Assembly: GCA_963826935.1 (NCBI GenBank)
Contig: CAWGYH010000009.1
Span: 3,854 to 67,853 of the forward strand
Origin: an uncultured Chlamydiales bacterium
GTDB taxonomy: Bacteria > Chlamydiota > Chlamydiia > Chlamydiales > FEN-1388
DNA: 64,000 nt
Direction: 5' to 3'
In this document: piece by piece, positions 1 through 9,472 of the stretch
How the letters are laid out: the number at the start of each line of letters is the position of its first letter
Position numbering within the stretch: position 1 is the first letter of the stretch
The notes under the pieces: model-generated
Told to the model about the DNA's origin: nothing
The model's input: the letters and a program-made list of their open reading frames with translations, nothing else
Databases searched by the model: none
Position numbers and translations under genes: made by a program

Positions 1-635
1 TTACATTTCTTGAGGGGGTGTTGACCGAGGTGATGGAGCTTTTTCCGGGTGAGTATATTCACATTGGAGGCGACGAAGCACCAAAGAAGCGCTGGGCGGG
101 CTGTTTGAAATGTCAAAAGCGCATAAAACAGGAGGGGCTGAAAGATGAAGAGACCCTGCAAAGCTACTTTATTTATCGCATAGAAAAGTTTTTAAATTCG
201 CATGGCCGTACAATTATCGGCTGGGACGAAATTTTGGAAGGCGGCCTTGCGCCAAATGCTACAGTCATGTCCTGGCGCGGCACAAAAGGGGGAATAAGGG
301 CAGCAGAACTTGGGCACAACGTCATTATGACGCCTGACACCCACCTCTATTTTGACCACTACCAGCTGCTCGATCCTGACGGGCCCCTTGCCATAGGCGG
401 CTACACCCCGCTTGAAAAGGTGTATGAGTTTAATCCGGTGCCAAAGGGCATAGACAAAAAGTACATTTTAGGCGCCCAGGCAAACGTCTGGACAGAATAT
501 ATGCCCACCCAGGCAGATGTGCTGCGCATGGCTTTTCCTCGCGGGCTTGCCCTTGCTGAATGCCTCTGGACCCCAAAAAACAGTAAAAACTTCTACGATT
601 TTCGGGTAAGACTCGATCGACATCGTAAACCTTAA
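1..635 (+). CDS. Beta-N-acetylhexosaminidase, GH20 family (5'-truncated by the window edge)
   Basis: GH20 catalytic motif HIGGDE, plus IIGWDEIL, VMSWRG, LYFDHYQ and ILGAQANVWTEY. Only the C-terminal part of the domain is present. Confidence 0.9.
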   Translation, partial: TFLEGVLTEVMELFPGEYIHIGGDEAPKKRWAGCLKCQKRIKQEGLKDEETLQSYFIYRIEKFLNSHGRTIIGWDEILEGGLAPNATVMSWRGTKGGIRAAELGHNVIMTPDTHLYFDHYQLLDPDGPLAIGGYTPLEKVYEFNPVPKGIDKKYILGAQANVWTEYMPTQADVLRMAFPRGLALAECLWTPKNSKNFYDFRVRLDRHRKP

Positions 636-641
636 AAGGTA

Positions 642-2159
642 GTGATGAGTATTGCCCTAGTAAACTGCACCTGTATTACCATGGACCCTGATCAGCCGGC
701 AGCTTCTGCTGTTGCGATAGAGGGAGAACGGATCTCTTTTGTTGGTGAAAAACTTCCCATAGGTACGTATGAGCAGGTAATTGATCTTAAAGGAGCCTAT
801 CTCTACCCCGGCTTTATTGACACGCATGCCCACATCTTCTACACAGGCTATATGCAGGCAAAAGAGCTCCGTCTTTCTCGTACGGCGTCAAAGGATGAGG
901 TATTAGAGACTGTTGCTGCAAAGATAAAAACAGCCTTGCCGGGAGTTTGGATTGTCGGCTCAGGCTGGGATGAGCACAGCTGGGTGAAAAATCAACTCCC
1001 CGTTAAAGAGGAACTTGATGAGGTAAGTCCCAATAACCCTGTTTTTTTACGGCGCGCTGATAGCCACGCTGCATGGGTCAATAGCCTGGCACTTTCCCTT
1101 GCCGGAATTGATAGGGAGACTTTTGAGCCGCAAGGCGGCAAGATCCATCGCGATCCGCATGGATATCCTACAGGTATGCTTGTAGACGCCGGCATGAAGC
1201 TTGTCTATCCCCTTTTGCCCCGCCATGATGAGGATGACATTGGCCATTTTATTGTAGAAACTCTGCAGGAGGCTCTCTCTCTTGGCATTACCACCATTCA
1301 CGATGCGGCGCTCTCGCCGGATCAGATAGCAGCGTGCATAGAGCTTGCCAAGGAGAAAAAGCTTCCCCTTCGCATCTATGGCATGGTGTATGGATCAGTT
1401 GCATTCGAACCAAAAGAATACAGCCCTTTTTTTGAGCTGCGTTGCCTAAAGCTATTTATGGATGGCACTATGGGCTCTCGAGGTGCTGCCCTATTTGAGC
1501 CCTACGAAGATGCCCCTTCAGAACAGGGCTTTTTGCGTTTAAAAGATGATGAGCTGTTAGAGATGCTGCAAAAGGCAAAAGCTTCGGGCTTTCAAGTAGC
1601 CTGCCACGCTATTGGCGACAGGGCGACTCACGAGGTGCTAAATGCCTATGAAAAGGTTGGCGTTAAAGGTTGTCGCTGGCGAATTGAACATGCCCAGCAG
1701 CTTATTCGGGCAGATATTAATCGCTTTAGCGAACTTGGGGTAATTGCCGCCATGCAGCCGCTCCATATGCCTGTAGATATGCCATGGCTTACAGCTCGCC
1801 TTGGAGAAAAGCGCGTAAGAGAGGGGGCCTTTGTTTGGCGCTCCCTGCTTGATGCCGGAGCGATAGTTTGCGGAGGATCCGATGCTCCGGTTGTGGACCT
1901 TAATCCCCTCCTTGGCATCCATGCAGCCATTACGCATGGTGTTGAGTCAGTAACTGCCTATGAAGCTGTCCGCATGTATACTGTAGATGCTGCATATTCC
2001 TGTTTTAAGGAAAAAGAGGTCGGCGCTATAAAGCAAGGGATGCTGGCAGATCTTGTGGTGCTGCCTGAAAATATCCTTACCTGCAATCCAAACGCATTAC
2101 TTGACATGCAAGTGCTCTACACTTTAGTAAACGGAAAGGTGTGCTATGAAAAACCGTGA
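642..2159 (+). CDS. Amidohydrolase_3 family (YtcJ-like) metal-dependent hydrolase
   Basis: PGFIDTHAH, LKLFMDGTMGSRGA, HAIGD, RIEHAQ, GSDAPV, and the C-terminal GxIxxGxLADLVVL. Confidence 0.9.
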   Translation: MMSIALVNCTCITMDPDQPAASAVAIEGERISFVGEKLPIGTYEQVIDLKGAYLYPGFIDTHAHIFYTGYMQAKELRLSRTASKDEVLETVAAKIKTALPGVWIVGSGWDEHSWVKNQLPVKEELDEVSPNNPVFLRRADSHAAWVNSLALSLAGIDRETFEPQGGKIHRDPHGYPTGMLVDAGMKLVYPLLPRHDEDDIGHFIVETLQEALSLGITTIHDAALSPDQIAACIELAKEKKLPLRIYGMVYGSVAFEPKEYSPFFELRCLKLFMDGTMGSRGAALFEPYEDAPSEQGFLRLKDDELLEMLQKAKASGFQVACHAIGDRATHEVLNAYEKVGVKGCRWRIEHAQQLIRADINRFSELGVIAAMQPLHMPVDMPWLTARLGEKRVREGAFVWRSLLDAGAIVCGGSDAPVVDLNPLLGIHAAITHGVESVTAYEAVRMYTVDAAYSCFKEKEVGAIKQGMLADLVVLPENILTCNPNALLDMQVLYTLVNGKVCYEKP

Positions 2160-3099
2160 TACAATCACCTTTGGCCTGTGCGGCGATGTGATGATTGGCA
2201 GGCTTGTGGATGAGTCAGGCGCTGCTATTTGGGGCGACCTGCTGCCGCTTTTGCATAGCACTGACTTTACCCTTGCAAACCTTGAGGCGGCCCTTACCCA
2301 TTCAAAAAAAATTGTCCCAAAGGTGTTTAACTTCAAGTCCGACCCAAAGCATGTTGCCTGGCTTAAGGAGGCAAAGTTTGACATCGTAAACCTTGCCAAC
2401 AACCATGTGCTCGATTATGACGTTGAGGGCCTTTTAGAAACCCTTAAGACTTTGGATAGGGCAAATATTTTGCACGTCGGCGCCGGCATTGACAGTGCAG
2501 GCGCAAAAAAAGCAGTTATCGTTGCAAAGCATGGCATAAAAGTTGGTGTGATAGGCTTTAGCGACAATGAACCTGGCTGGAAAGCTCTTCAAAACCGTCC
2601 CGGCATACACTACGTGGATATAGACGACTATGATGAGGTTGTGGACCAAGTAATTGAGCTTAAGAAAAAAGCAGACATTGTGATTGTATCGCAGCATATA
2701 GGCCCAAATATGGTCGCAAGGCCGGACAGGCAAAAGCGCAAGCTCTGCCGCGCCCTTATAGATGCCGGTGCTGACATTGTCCACAGCCACTCTGCCCACA
2801 TATTTCAAGGAGTCGAGAGGTACAAAAAAGGGGTCATTTTGTATGACGCAGGCGACTTTGTGGATGACTACTATGTCGATCCGGGGCTTAGAAACGACCG
2901 CTCTTTTTTCTTTATGGTAGAGTTGACCAAAGTTGGCCCCATAAAGCTGACCTTAGTGCCAACGCTTATTTCAAACCTGCAGGTAAATCTTGCCCCTCTC
3001 GATGAGGCCGAAGCTGCCATGGATCGCATGGAGCTTCTTTCAAAGGAGTTTGACACACACTTTACGCGCACCTCGCAGGGTCTGGTGGCTATTTTTTAG
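2146..3099 (+). CDS. CapA (PGA_cap) family metallophosphatase-fold protein
   Basis: GDVMIGR, NLE, LANNHxxDY, and the HSAH / YDAGDF motifs. Overlaps the upstream gene, consistent with an operon. Confidence 0.88.
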   Translation: MKNRDTITFGLCGDVMIGRLVDESGAAIWGDLLPLLHSTDFTLANLEAALTHSKKIVPKVFNFKSDPKHVAWLKEAKFDIVNLANNHVLDYDVEGLLETLKTLDRANILHVGAGIDSAGAKKAVIVAKHGIKVGVIGFSDNEPGWKALQNRPGIHYVDIDDYDEVVDQVIELKKKADIVIVSQHIGPNMVARPDRQKRKLCRALIDAGADIVHSHSAHIFQGVERYKKGVILYDAGDFVDDYYVDPGLRNDRSFFFMVELTKVGPIKLTLVPTLISNLQVNLAPLDEAEAAMDRMELLSKEFDTHFTRTSQGLVAIF

Positions 3100-3391
3100 A
3101 GACATGTTGACAATCTAAATTTAAATTAGAAAACCACTTTTTATGGTCTTCTAGGCTGGTTTTTAGCTCCTCTTTTTCTCCCTCTTTTGCTGTTTTGAGT
3201 TTTTGCACTATCTCCATAGCACTACTGAGGCGCTGTCTGGCCGTCTCCCTCGTCTTTAGGGGCAGTCTATCAAACTCCTCTTGTGAAATATCTTCCACCC
3301 GGCGTATTTCCGCCGGAATCGGCTCAGTTGTAAATGTTCGATATGCGTTGAACTCGCCTTTAAAGGGAGATGTTCTCAATCCATAAACCAT
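3089..3391 (-). CDS. Hypothetical protein, 100 aa
   Basis: ATG start with AGGA upstream and a charged helical composition. No recognisable motif. Confidence 0.55.
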   Translation of the reverse strand: MVYGLRTSPFKGEFNAYRTFTTEPIPAEIRRVEDISQEEFDRLPLKTRETARQRLSSAMEIVQKLKTAKEGEKEELKTSLEDHKKWFSNLNLDCQHVSKK

Positions 3392-3482
3392 AAATCAATC
3401 CTAAAATTGGCGCGGGGATTATAGACTCCAAGCTCTCGTAAACTCAAGAGGTTTCATCCACAATTTGGTGGCACCCCTCCGG

Positions 3483-3910
3483 GGCTGTGAAAAATGCGCG
3501 CGCCCGAAGGGTGTGGTGGCGATTAGACCAGATCACCGACCTTGAGGGAGGTGCTCTGGGCCATCATACCATTAAAAAACGCACCCCCGAAGCGGCATAG
3601 TGTTGTACATAATTATTTCTTGATAGACTTTGTGGCAATTTCAGTTCCGGAGGAACGTCTTAATAATAGCCCATGGTGTAGCCCCAAAGGGGCAAACCGT
3701 GGGTATGGCACAAAAAAACCATCAAGTCGCGTGAGCGACGACTTAATCCGTCGCTCACGCGACTCCAGGTTATTTTTTTACCAAATACCCACGGTTTGCC
3801 CCTTTGGGGCTACACCATGGGCTATTATTAAAGCGTTCCTCCGGAACTTGAGTGACAAGAAATAATTGTGTGCAACACTATGCCTTTCGGGAGTGCATTT
3901 TTTCACAGCC
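3483..3910. repeat. Large nested palindromic intergenic element (MITE/REP-like)
   Basis: Ends are GGCTGTGAAAAATGC and GCATTTTTTCACAGCC. Inner arms 3643-3706 and 3785-3848 are near-perfect reverse complements, 3594-3622 pairs with 3856-3884, and there is a central hairpin at 3726-3763. Confidence 0.9.
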
Positions 3911-4006
3911 TCATAGCGTAACAAGGCAAGAAATTTCATAAGAGCACTTGCGTTTTTTATGGGCCGTTAGCTATTTAGAGTGATTAGTGTAAAGAAAGGA
4001 CTTACA

Positions 4007-4651
4007 ATGCCCGAACAGACTGTCATTATTCTTCTTGGACCGCCAGGTGCGGGTAAAGGAACCCTTGCAGAGAAAATTTCAAAAGAAAAAGCGATTCCTC
4101 ATATATCTACGGGGGATATTTTTTATGAACAGCTCCGCAACGGCACAGAACATGGCCTGCATGCTCGGCACTATCTTGATAAAGGCCACCTTGTGCCTGA
4201 CGATCTTGTTCTAGACATAATCTACGACCGCGTACTGATGCCGGACTGCTCGAAAGGCTATATTTTAGATGGCATACCCAAAAACATCGCCCAGGTACAT
4301 GAAATCGAAGACCACCTTCGCGGCAAGGCTAATGTCAAGGTGATTAAACTTGATGTCAACGATGCTACTGCCACAAAACGGCTTGCGGGACGGCTTGTTT
4401 GCGAAAAGTGCGGCCACGTTTGGCATAAAGAGACCCACAATATTGCCAAGGAGGGCGTTTGCGACATTTGCGGCGGAAAAGTAGTCCAACGAAGCGACGA
4501 CACTCCGGAAGCGATAAAAGAGCGTCTTAAAGTATACCATGAGCAGACCGAGCCCATAGAAAACTACTATAAAGGTGTCGGTTTGCTGCAGGTTATCGAC
4601 GCTTCAAAATCACCGGAAGATGTGTTAGCAGATATTTTGCATGTACTCTAA
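4007..4651 (+). CDS. adk: Adenylate kinase family protein with Zn-binding LID (divergent NMP-binding residues)
   Basis: P-loop GPPGAGKGT, HISTGD, LVPDD, LID CEKC...CDIC and QRSDD. ATG at 4007 has an AAGGA Shine-Dalgarno. Confidence 0.85.
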   Translation: MPEQTVIILLGPPGAGKGTLAEKISKEKAIPHISTGDIFYEQLRNGTEHGLHARHYLDKGHLVPDDLVLDIIYDRVLMPDCSKGYILDGIPKNIAQVHEIEDHLRGKANVKVIKLDVNDATATKRLAGRLVCEKCGHVWHKETHNIAKEGVCDICGGKVVQRSDDTPEAIKERLKVYHEQTEPIENYYKGVGLLQVIDASKSPEDVLADILHVL

Positions 4652-4699
4652 AGAAGCGATTGGCTATAGTTTGGCGCCAATTTGCTGTTTTATGAGAAA

Positions 4700-6148
4700 A
4701 TGTCAGTACAACCTACATCCCTTTCTGCAACTACGACTCTTTTAGAAAATCTCGCAATAAGCGATGCATCGCTCTATCAGGGCTCTCTACGAGAAGTTCA
4801 GGCTAAAACCTTATATCATCTTCGTCAAGAACTACTCAAAAAGCGATCGCAAATTGAAGCAATTAATTTTACCCGTTTTGTCCACTCACTTCTTGCCTAT
4901 AGCCTGGTTTTACGAAAGGCGCCTCAGCAGACTATGGCCGTTTTTGGCGCTGCCTTTGTCTCTATAATCTGCAGCCCTATAGTACAGCTTGACCTTGCTT
5001 TACAGACGAAGACAACGAACTTTGTTAATTTGTACTCCGAACAGTCTCACGATAAGTGGAATGAGTGGAAAAATCTCTTAGAGATTGTCACCCACTTTCG
5101 CGAAAAACTGATCCTTGAGCCCCTTGTAGCACAGCTAGCTCTTGTGCTTCGCACCTATTATCAAGATGAAAACCCAACCTGTGATGATTTTGCCTTTGCA
5201 TTGGTGCGTCTTACAGAGCTTCGTTGGGCATTAGAGGGAAAGCAAAAAGAGCTGCTTAAACGAGCCGTCTTACTTAAAGAGTGGCATGCAATCGCACCTC
5301 CCGATGCGTACGAATATTCGCACCTTATGCATATGTTACAGGGGTTTTCGTGGCTTATCTCTGCCTCGGATGGGCCGGCAGCAAAAAATCGGTTGCCACC
5401 TTGGAGTGATGCGCGAAAGTTACCCCCGAACGTGCTTGGACAATTAATTCAGAAGATAAGTGAAGAGGACGGCAGCACAAAATTGGCACTATTGGAAAAG
5501 CTATTGCACGATCAAGAAGAGCGATATTTCTATGATATTTTGGAAAATGACCCCAAATTTATGCTAAGAGTGCTTCATTTTCTCGAAACCCCTAACCTTG
5601 CCTTTGATGACGCGGCATGGATTGATGCTCTTCACGAGGATGCCTGTTCCCTTTTTGTACGCATTGCTGCGGGTCACCCGGCAAAAGGATTTTTGCCGGA
5701 AATTCTTCTCCTTTTGCTCTCTTCTGAAATCACAGAAAAAAGACTCACCCTGCTCGTAAAGATTTGCCTGTTGCTTGATACCTTCTTTCTCACTGAAGAG
5801 TTTAAAAATAAGCTTTTTATGCAGCTTTGCAGCGCAAAATCTATTCAAGGCCTGCAAGCAGCTCTTCGCATCAGTCGATCGATCAACTGCTCGCAGCTCA
5901 GGCACGCCCTGGAACAACTTGAGGCATGCATCCCTGCAGGCGAAGATACGGCAAAAGAAGAGCTTAAGGCTATATTACAAGGGCTGCTCACAGCCTCTTG
6001 GTCTACAGCCGATATAGATAGCGAAAGCAGCGAAGAGCTGTCACACTCACTTAGACGGGTTGCAAGCATGCTTAGATGCCCAGAGATTACCCAAGAGCTT
6101 CTCCGCAGGAAGCTCTCAGGCTCTCATGATCTGACCAATTTTAAGTAG
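4700..6148 (+). CDS. Hypothetical all-helical, Leu-rich protein
   Basis: ORF of about 480 aa with a Ser/Thr-rich N-terminus. No motif recognised. Confidence 0.7.
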   Translation: MSVQPTSLSATTTLLENLAISDASLYQGSLREVQAKTLYHLRQELLKKRSQIEAINFTRFVHSLLAYSLVLRKAPQQTMAVFGAAFVSIICSPIVQLDLALQTKTTNFVNLYSEQSHDKWNEWKNLLEIVTHFREKLILEPLVAQLALVLRTYYQDENPTCDDFAFALVRLTELRWALEGKQKELLKRAVLLKEWHAIAPPDAYEYSHLMHMLQGFSWLISASDGPAAKNRLPPWSDARKLPPNVLGQLIQKISEEDGSTKLALLEKLLHDQEERYFYDILENDPKFMLRVLHFLETPNLAFDDAAWIDALHEDACSLFVRIAAGHPAKGFLPEILLLLLSSEITEKRLTLLVKICLLLDTFFLTEEFKNKLFMQLCSAKSIQGLQAALRISRSINCSQLRHALEQLEACIPAGEDTAKEELKAILQGLLTASWSTADIDSESSEELSHSLRRVASMLRCPEITQELLRRKLSGSHDLTNFK

Positions 6149-8486
6149 CTTTACGTCTTGGAGCTACAGTATCAGCAAGGCCTAAAAGGGCATCTGTGAT
6201 CTGTCCAGGTGGCCCGTCCAGAATTTCTGCTAACATGGATCTATCATGAAAGAGACCGCCTTGTTTTGAAAGGAGGCTGTCAGTCTTGCTTTGGGTGGCC
6301 CTGCTAGCAGCTTTCCATAACAGAATGGCTTCATTTGCGTCCTTGATGGCATTATCTGAGGCTTTCCACGCATTTTTCATTTCGTTCGGCGTACTATCAT
6401 ATGCATTTTTGGACATATCTAATGTTTTTTTAATGCCGAGTGTGTGCGGTATCAAATGCGTGAACAGAAAACGAGAATTGTGTTTGCGGATCGCTTTATC
6501 AGTTTCCATGCCAATAAATAAGCTTGCAAGTTCACCAAGATTTTCGTGATAGCTGTCGCTGAGGGATTCATAGCCTCTATCTTCCGGCCGCATCACTGCA
6601 GTTGAACCCAAGGCAAAATAGAGAGCGCTTGTTGCGAGGTAGTTTCCGGAGCGCGCAAGATTGATAGCGCTTTGGCAAAGGCTTTCCTTCATTTTGGCTC
6701 TTCTTTCGTGATCGGGTTCTCTAAGAAGCATGGCAGCTATGTCAAACCCGATATAGTTAATGCGTCGATCTAGTGGTATAAGACTTTGGTCAAGTCTCTT
6801 AAGAACTTCCCGTGCTTCGCCTCCCGTCTTGATTAAGTCGCCTTCACTATACTGCAATGCATCCATTTCTTTTTTTAGTTCGTAAGAGACAGCCTTTGTA
6901 AGCTCTTCTTCAAAGCGTTTGCTTGGCTTTCCGCGAGAGAGCCGATCGAGTATTTCTGTCCGGAGAATGGCGGTAGCAAGAGGATTTGCTCCCTCTATGA
7001 ATGGTTGTAAATCTACTCCGAAATTTTCCTGCAATAGCTCTACCCTGTGGTTCTGTAACAACTCTTGCAGTTTTGCAATATTGTCATCGTTTCTTTTTTT
7101 GATAGAGTTTAATGCTTTACTTGTTCTGATTTTAAATTGGCAGTAGAATTCTTTTATTTCCTCAGCAACTGCGTATTTAAGTTCATTGAATTTTTGTTCA
7201 ATTCGGTCTCTTTTCGCCTCTACATAAGCGAAATATTCCTTTTCGTCCTTTTGGATGCTGTCCAAGAGCTCTTTTGTTTGCTTATATAAGACTACATTAT
7301 TCACAAATCGGGGAGCTTCTCCTTCAGTGATTTCAATCCCCCCTAATTCAGGTAGAAGCAACCCCTCATCATCATCATCTTCAAAATCGATTCCTTGCTG
7401 TTTAAACTCTACAACTTCAAGATCTTCTGAATACTTCTGTGGTTTGGCTTCAGATTTTTTTAGTGGCGGAGCATCTTCGAGTTGCATTTTTTTAAGATCC
7501 AGTGCAGCTTGAATTTTTTTAAAAGTTTGGTTTGATGCTATAATCTCCTCTAGACTTGGGTCATTCGCAAGTTTTTTGCTTGCCACAGCAATTTCTTTGG
7601 TCCAACTTGTTAAGGCCTCTTCAAGGCCTAGTAATTTTTTTTGCCTATCTGTTAGCTCTTCTGTCCACCCCCCCCATTCATCACTACCAGCTAAGGTCTT
7701 TGCTCTGCTAACTTCGAGAGACAATGCCTGTATTTCTATCTTTAATTTTTCATCAGGCCGCAGCGGAACAGGAATCTTAGGAGGTGGTGGTCGAGTCGGC
7801 GTAGTTTGATCAGAAACTTCAGACATCGACTTTCGCCTATCCGAAACGTCTGGCGTGGGCTCTTTATTGCTTATCCAATCCGTGAACTTTTTCCATGCCA
7901 CGAGCAGTGTTTGAGCTACTGCTGTTGTGGGAATAGATGGTGGAGCTGGACGCCCGTTTTTTGGAGTAAGAAGATTTTTACCAATTTGTGCTGTCTCAGA
8001 AGTGGGTTTATTTTCCTCTTTTTTTATGATCTTGTATCCTTTGATTTGCGCATCTAGTTTTTCCATTTCCTTTAGATAAATATTATTTTCATCATGAGGA
8101 TCTAACATTCCTGATATGCTTTCGTTAAGATGGGCAAATTTAAAGTTTGGATCTTTTTGGAGGGCGATTATTCTCCTTTGGATAACACTAATAGCATCAT
8201 CAGGTGTAGAGATCACTACATCAGCTTTTTGTGGAGAGTCTTCAAGAGGTTCAATTTTTTTAATTAATTCGTCAATTTCTTTATGCTTACTTTCGAGTAT
8301 CAATTTGGGAAAAAAGTTGAATATTTTAGTAATTGGATTTGCTTTTCCAGCATCTTCTAGAGCGCTGATTTTAGTTGTAATTTCATCATTCAACTCTGTA
8401 AGTCTATCCTTCAATTTTTCTTGATGTTCCTTAGGTAATGGAGGAGGTAAATCAGCCGGCAATTGTTGATGTGACTCGACGTTCAT
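6141..8486 (-). CDS. Effector-like protein: Pro-rich, coiled coils, C-terminal RasGEF (CDC25)-like domain
   Basis: 781-aa ORF. The segment INYIGFDIAAMLLREPDHERRAK...ARSGNYLATSALYFALGSTAVMR...LGELASLF...IPHTLG follows the CDC25 pattern. The domain call is by eye. Confidence 0.65.
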   Translation of the reverse strand: MNVESHQQLPADLPPPLPKEHQEKLKDRLTELNDEITTKISALEDAGKANPITKIFNFFPKLILESKHKEIDELIKKIEPLEDSPQKADVVISTPDDAISVIQRRIIALQKDPNFKFAHLNESISGMLDPHDENNIYLKEMEKLDAQIKGYKIIKKEENKPTSETAQIGKNLLTPKNGRPAPPSIPTTAVAQTLLVAWKKFTDWISNKEPTPDVSDRRKSMSEVSDQTTPTRPPPPKIPVPLRPDEKLKIEIQALSLEVSRAKTLAGSDEWGGWTEELTDRQKKLLGLEEALTSWTKEIAVASKKLANDPSLEEIIASNQTFKKIQAALDLKKMQLEDAPPLKKSEAKPQKYSEDLEVVEFKQQGIDFEDDDDEGLLLPELGGIEITEGEAPRFVNNVVLYKQTKELLDSIQKDEKEYFAYVEAKRDRIEQKFNELKYAVAEEIKEFYCQFKIRTSKALNSIKKRNDDNIAKLQELLQNHRVELLQENFGVDLQPFIEGANPLATAILRTEILDRLSRGKPSKRFEEELTKAVSYELKKEMDALQYSEGDLIKTGGEAREVLKRLDQSLIPLDRRINYIGFDIAAMLLREPDHERRAKMKESLCQSAINLARSGNYLATSALYFALGSTAVMRPEDRGYESLSDSYHENLGELASLFIGMETDKAIRKHNSRFLFTHLIPHTLGIKKTLDMSKNAYDSTPNEMKNAWKASDNAIKDANEAILLWKAASRATQSKTDSLLSKQGGLFHDRSMLAEILDGPPGQITDALLGLADTVAPRRKAT

Positions 8487-8640
8487 AGGGACCTCAAATA
8501 AAAAGGTTTATATCTTTATTGTACCTATAACAAATATTTAATATAAAGAAAATAGTTTATTTTTCCAGGACGAAACAGAGAAGGGCCTCTCTTATGGGGC
8601 CAGCTATGATAATGATGCCATAGAGACAAACAGGCAGAAG

Positions 8641-9009
8641 CTACCCAATAATTAAGTTGACAGCAAACGAGGCGACAACGAGAGCGGCTGTAACTACTTT
8701 TGCCGCCATGGTTGGATCCCCTACCAGTAAAGAGATTGCAGGATAAAGGGCTAAAGCTACCACTACGTGAGAAAGTAAAAGTCTTCCTGTAGCCTCGCCT
8801 GTCCAGCCCAATGCCTTAAATAGCTCGTCTACAGCCTTTGCAACGAGAGCAGTAGCTGCGACTGCCATTCCGGTATGGCCAAAATAGCTATAGGCCCTGC
8901 CGGCTTGGTCCTTGGCAAAATTTTTAAATAAGGCATAGCCGCCGATTATCCCAACGGTATATCCGCCGGCTGCTGCATAGGTGATATGTTTTATTGCTGA
9001 AAATGTCAT
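8641..9009 (-). CDS. Small hydrophobic membrane protein
   Basis: 122 aa with 3-4 Ala/Gly/Val-rich hydrophobic segments and an AGGA Shine-Dalgarno. Confidence 0.7.
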   Translation of the reverse strand: MTFSAIKHITYAAAGGYTVGIIGGYALFKNFAKDQAGRAYSYFGHTGMAVAATALVAKAVDELFKALGWTGEATGRLLLSHVVVALALYPAISLLVGDPTMAAKVVTAALVVASFAVNLIIG

Positions 9010-9020
9010 AAAATTAATCC

Positions 9021-9407
9021 TTAAGTTTGCGCATAAACGGCATAAAAACAGAGCAGGAGGCCGATAATGATAGGCAATATAGAAAGCTTTCTATCAAACG
9101 CTATAAGCCTTTCTGTAGCGGCAATAGTTTTTTCCTGAACAAAAAGGGTCAAAACGCCCTTTAGCACCTGCAGATAGCCAATGATCGTTAAAAGGATAGG
9201 GATTTCAAAAGACCAGCTTCTATAGGTGCTTAGAATGGTAAAGCCAATAAGAAGATTGAATGCCCCGCCAAATACCATCAACGGCGGCGTATTTTTTACC
9301 GCATTCCAAAAGCGATGCGCCTCATCATTTCGAAAAAGCACCCAAAGTCCCATAACAAAAAAATAGGGCCCAAAAATACGTGAAAGCCACAGTTCAGGTG
9401 CGTCCAT
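9021..9407 (-). CDS. Four-TM membrane protein of unknown function
   Basis: 128 aa with four hydrophobic helices and a GAGGA Shine-Dalgarno. Confidence 0.75.
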   Translation of the reverse strand: MDAPELWLSRIFGPYFFVMGLWVLFRNDEAHRFWNAVKNTPPLMVFGGAFNLLIGFTILSTYRSWSFEIPILLTIIGYLQVLKGVLTLFVQEKTIAATERLIAFDRKLSILPIIIGLLLCFYAVYAQT

Positions 9408-9472
9408 AATTTCCTCCTATAGATGAACATTTTTTTCACCATAGGAGGAGTAGGGGGAATTTGTCAATTGCT

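Noticed and set aside
3542-3865. 107-aa ORF, and similar ORFs at 15111, 18694, 18755, 22838, 22881, 44560 and 62923
   Set aside because: All lie within or largely overlap palindromic elements, have no protein-like motif, and their frames are not conserved between element copies.
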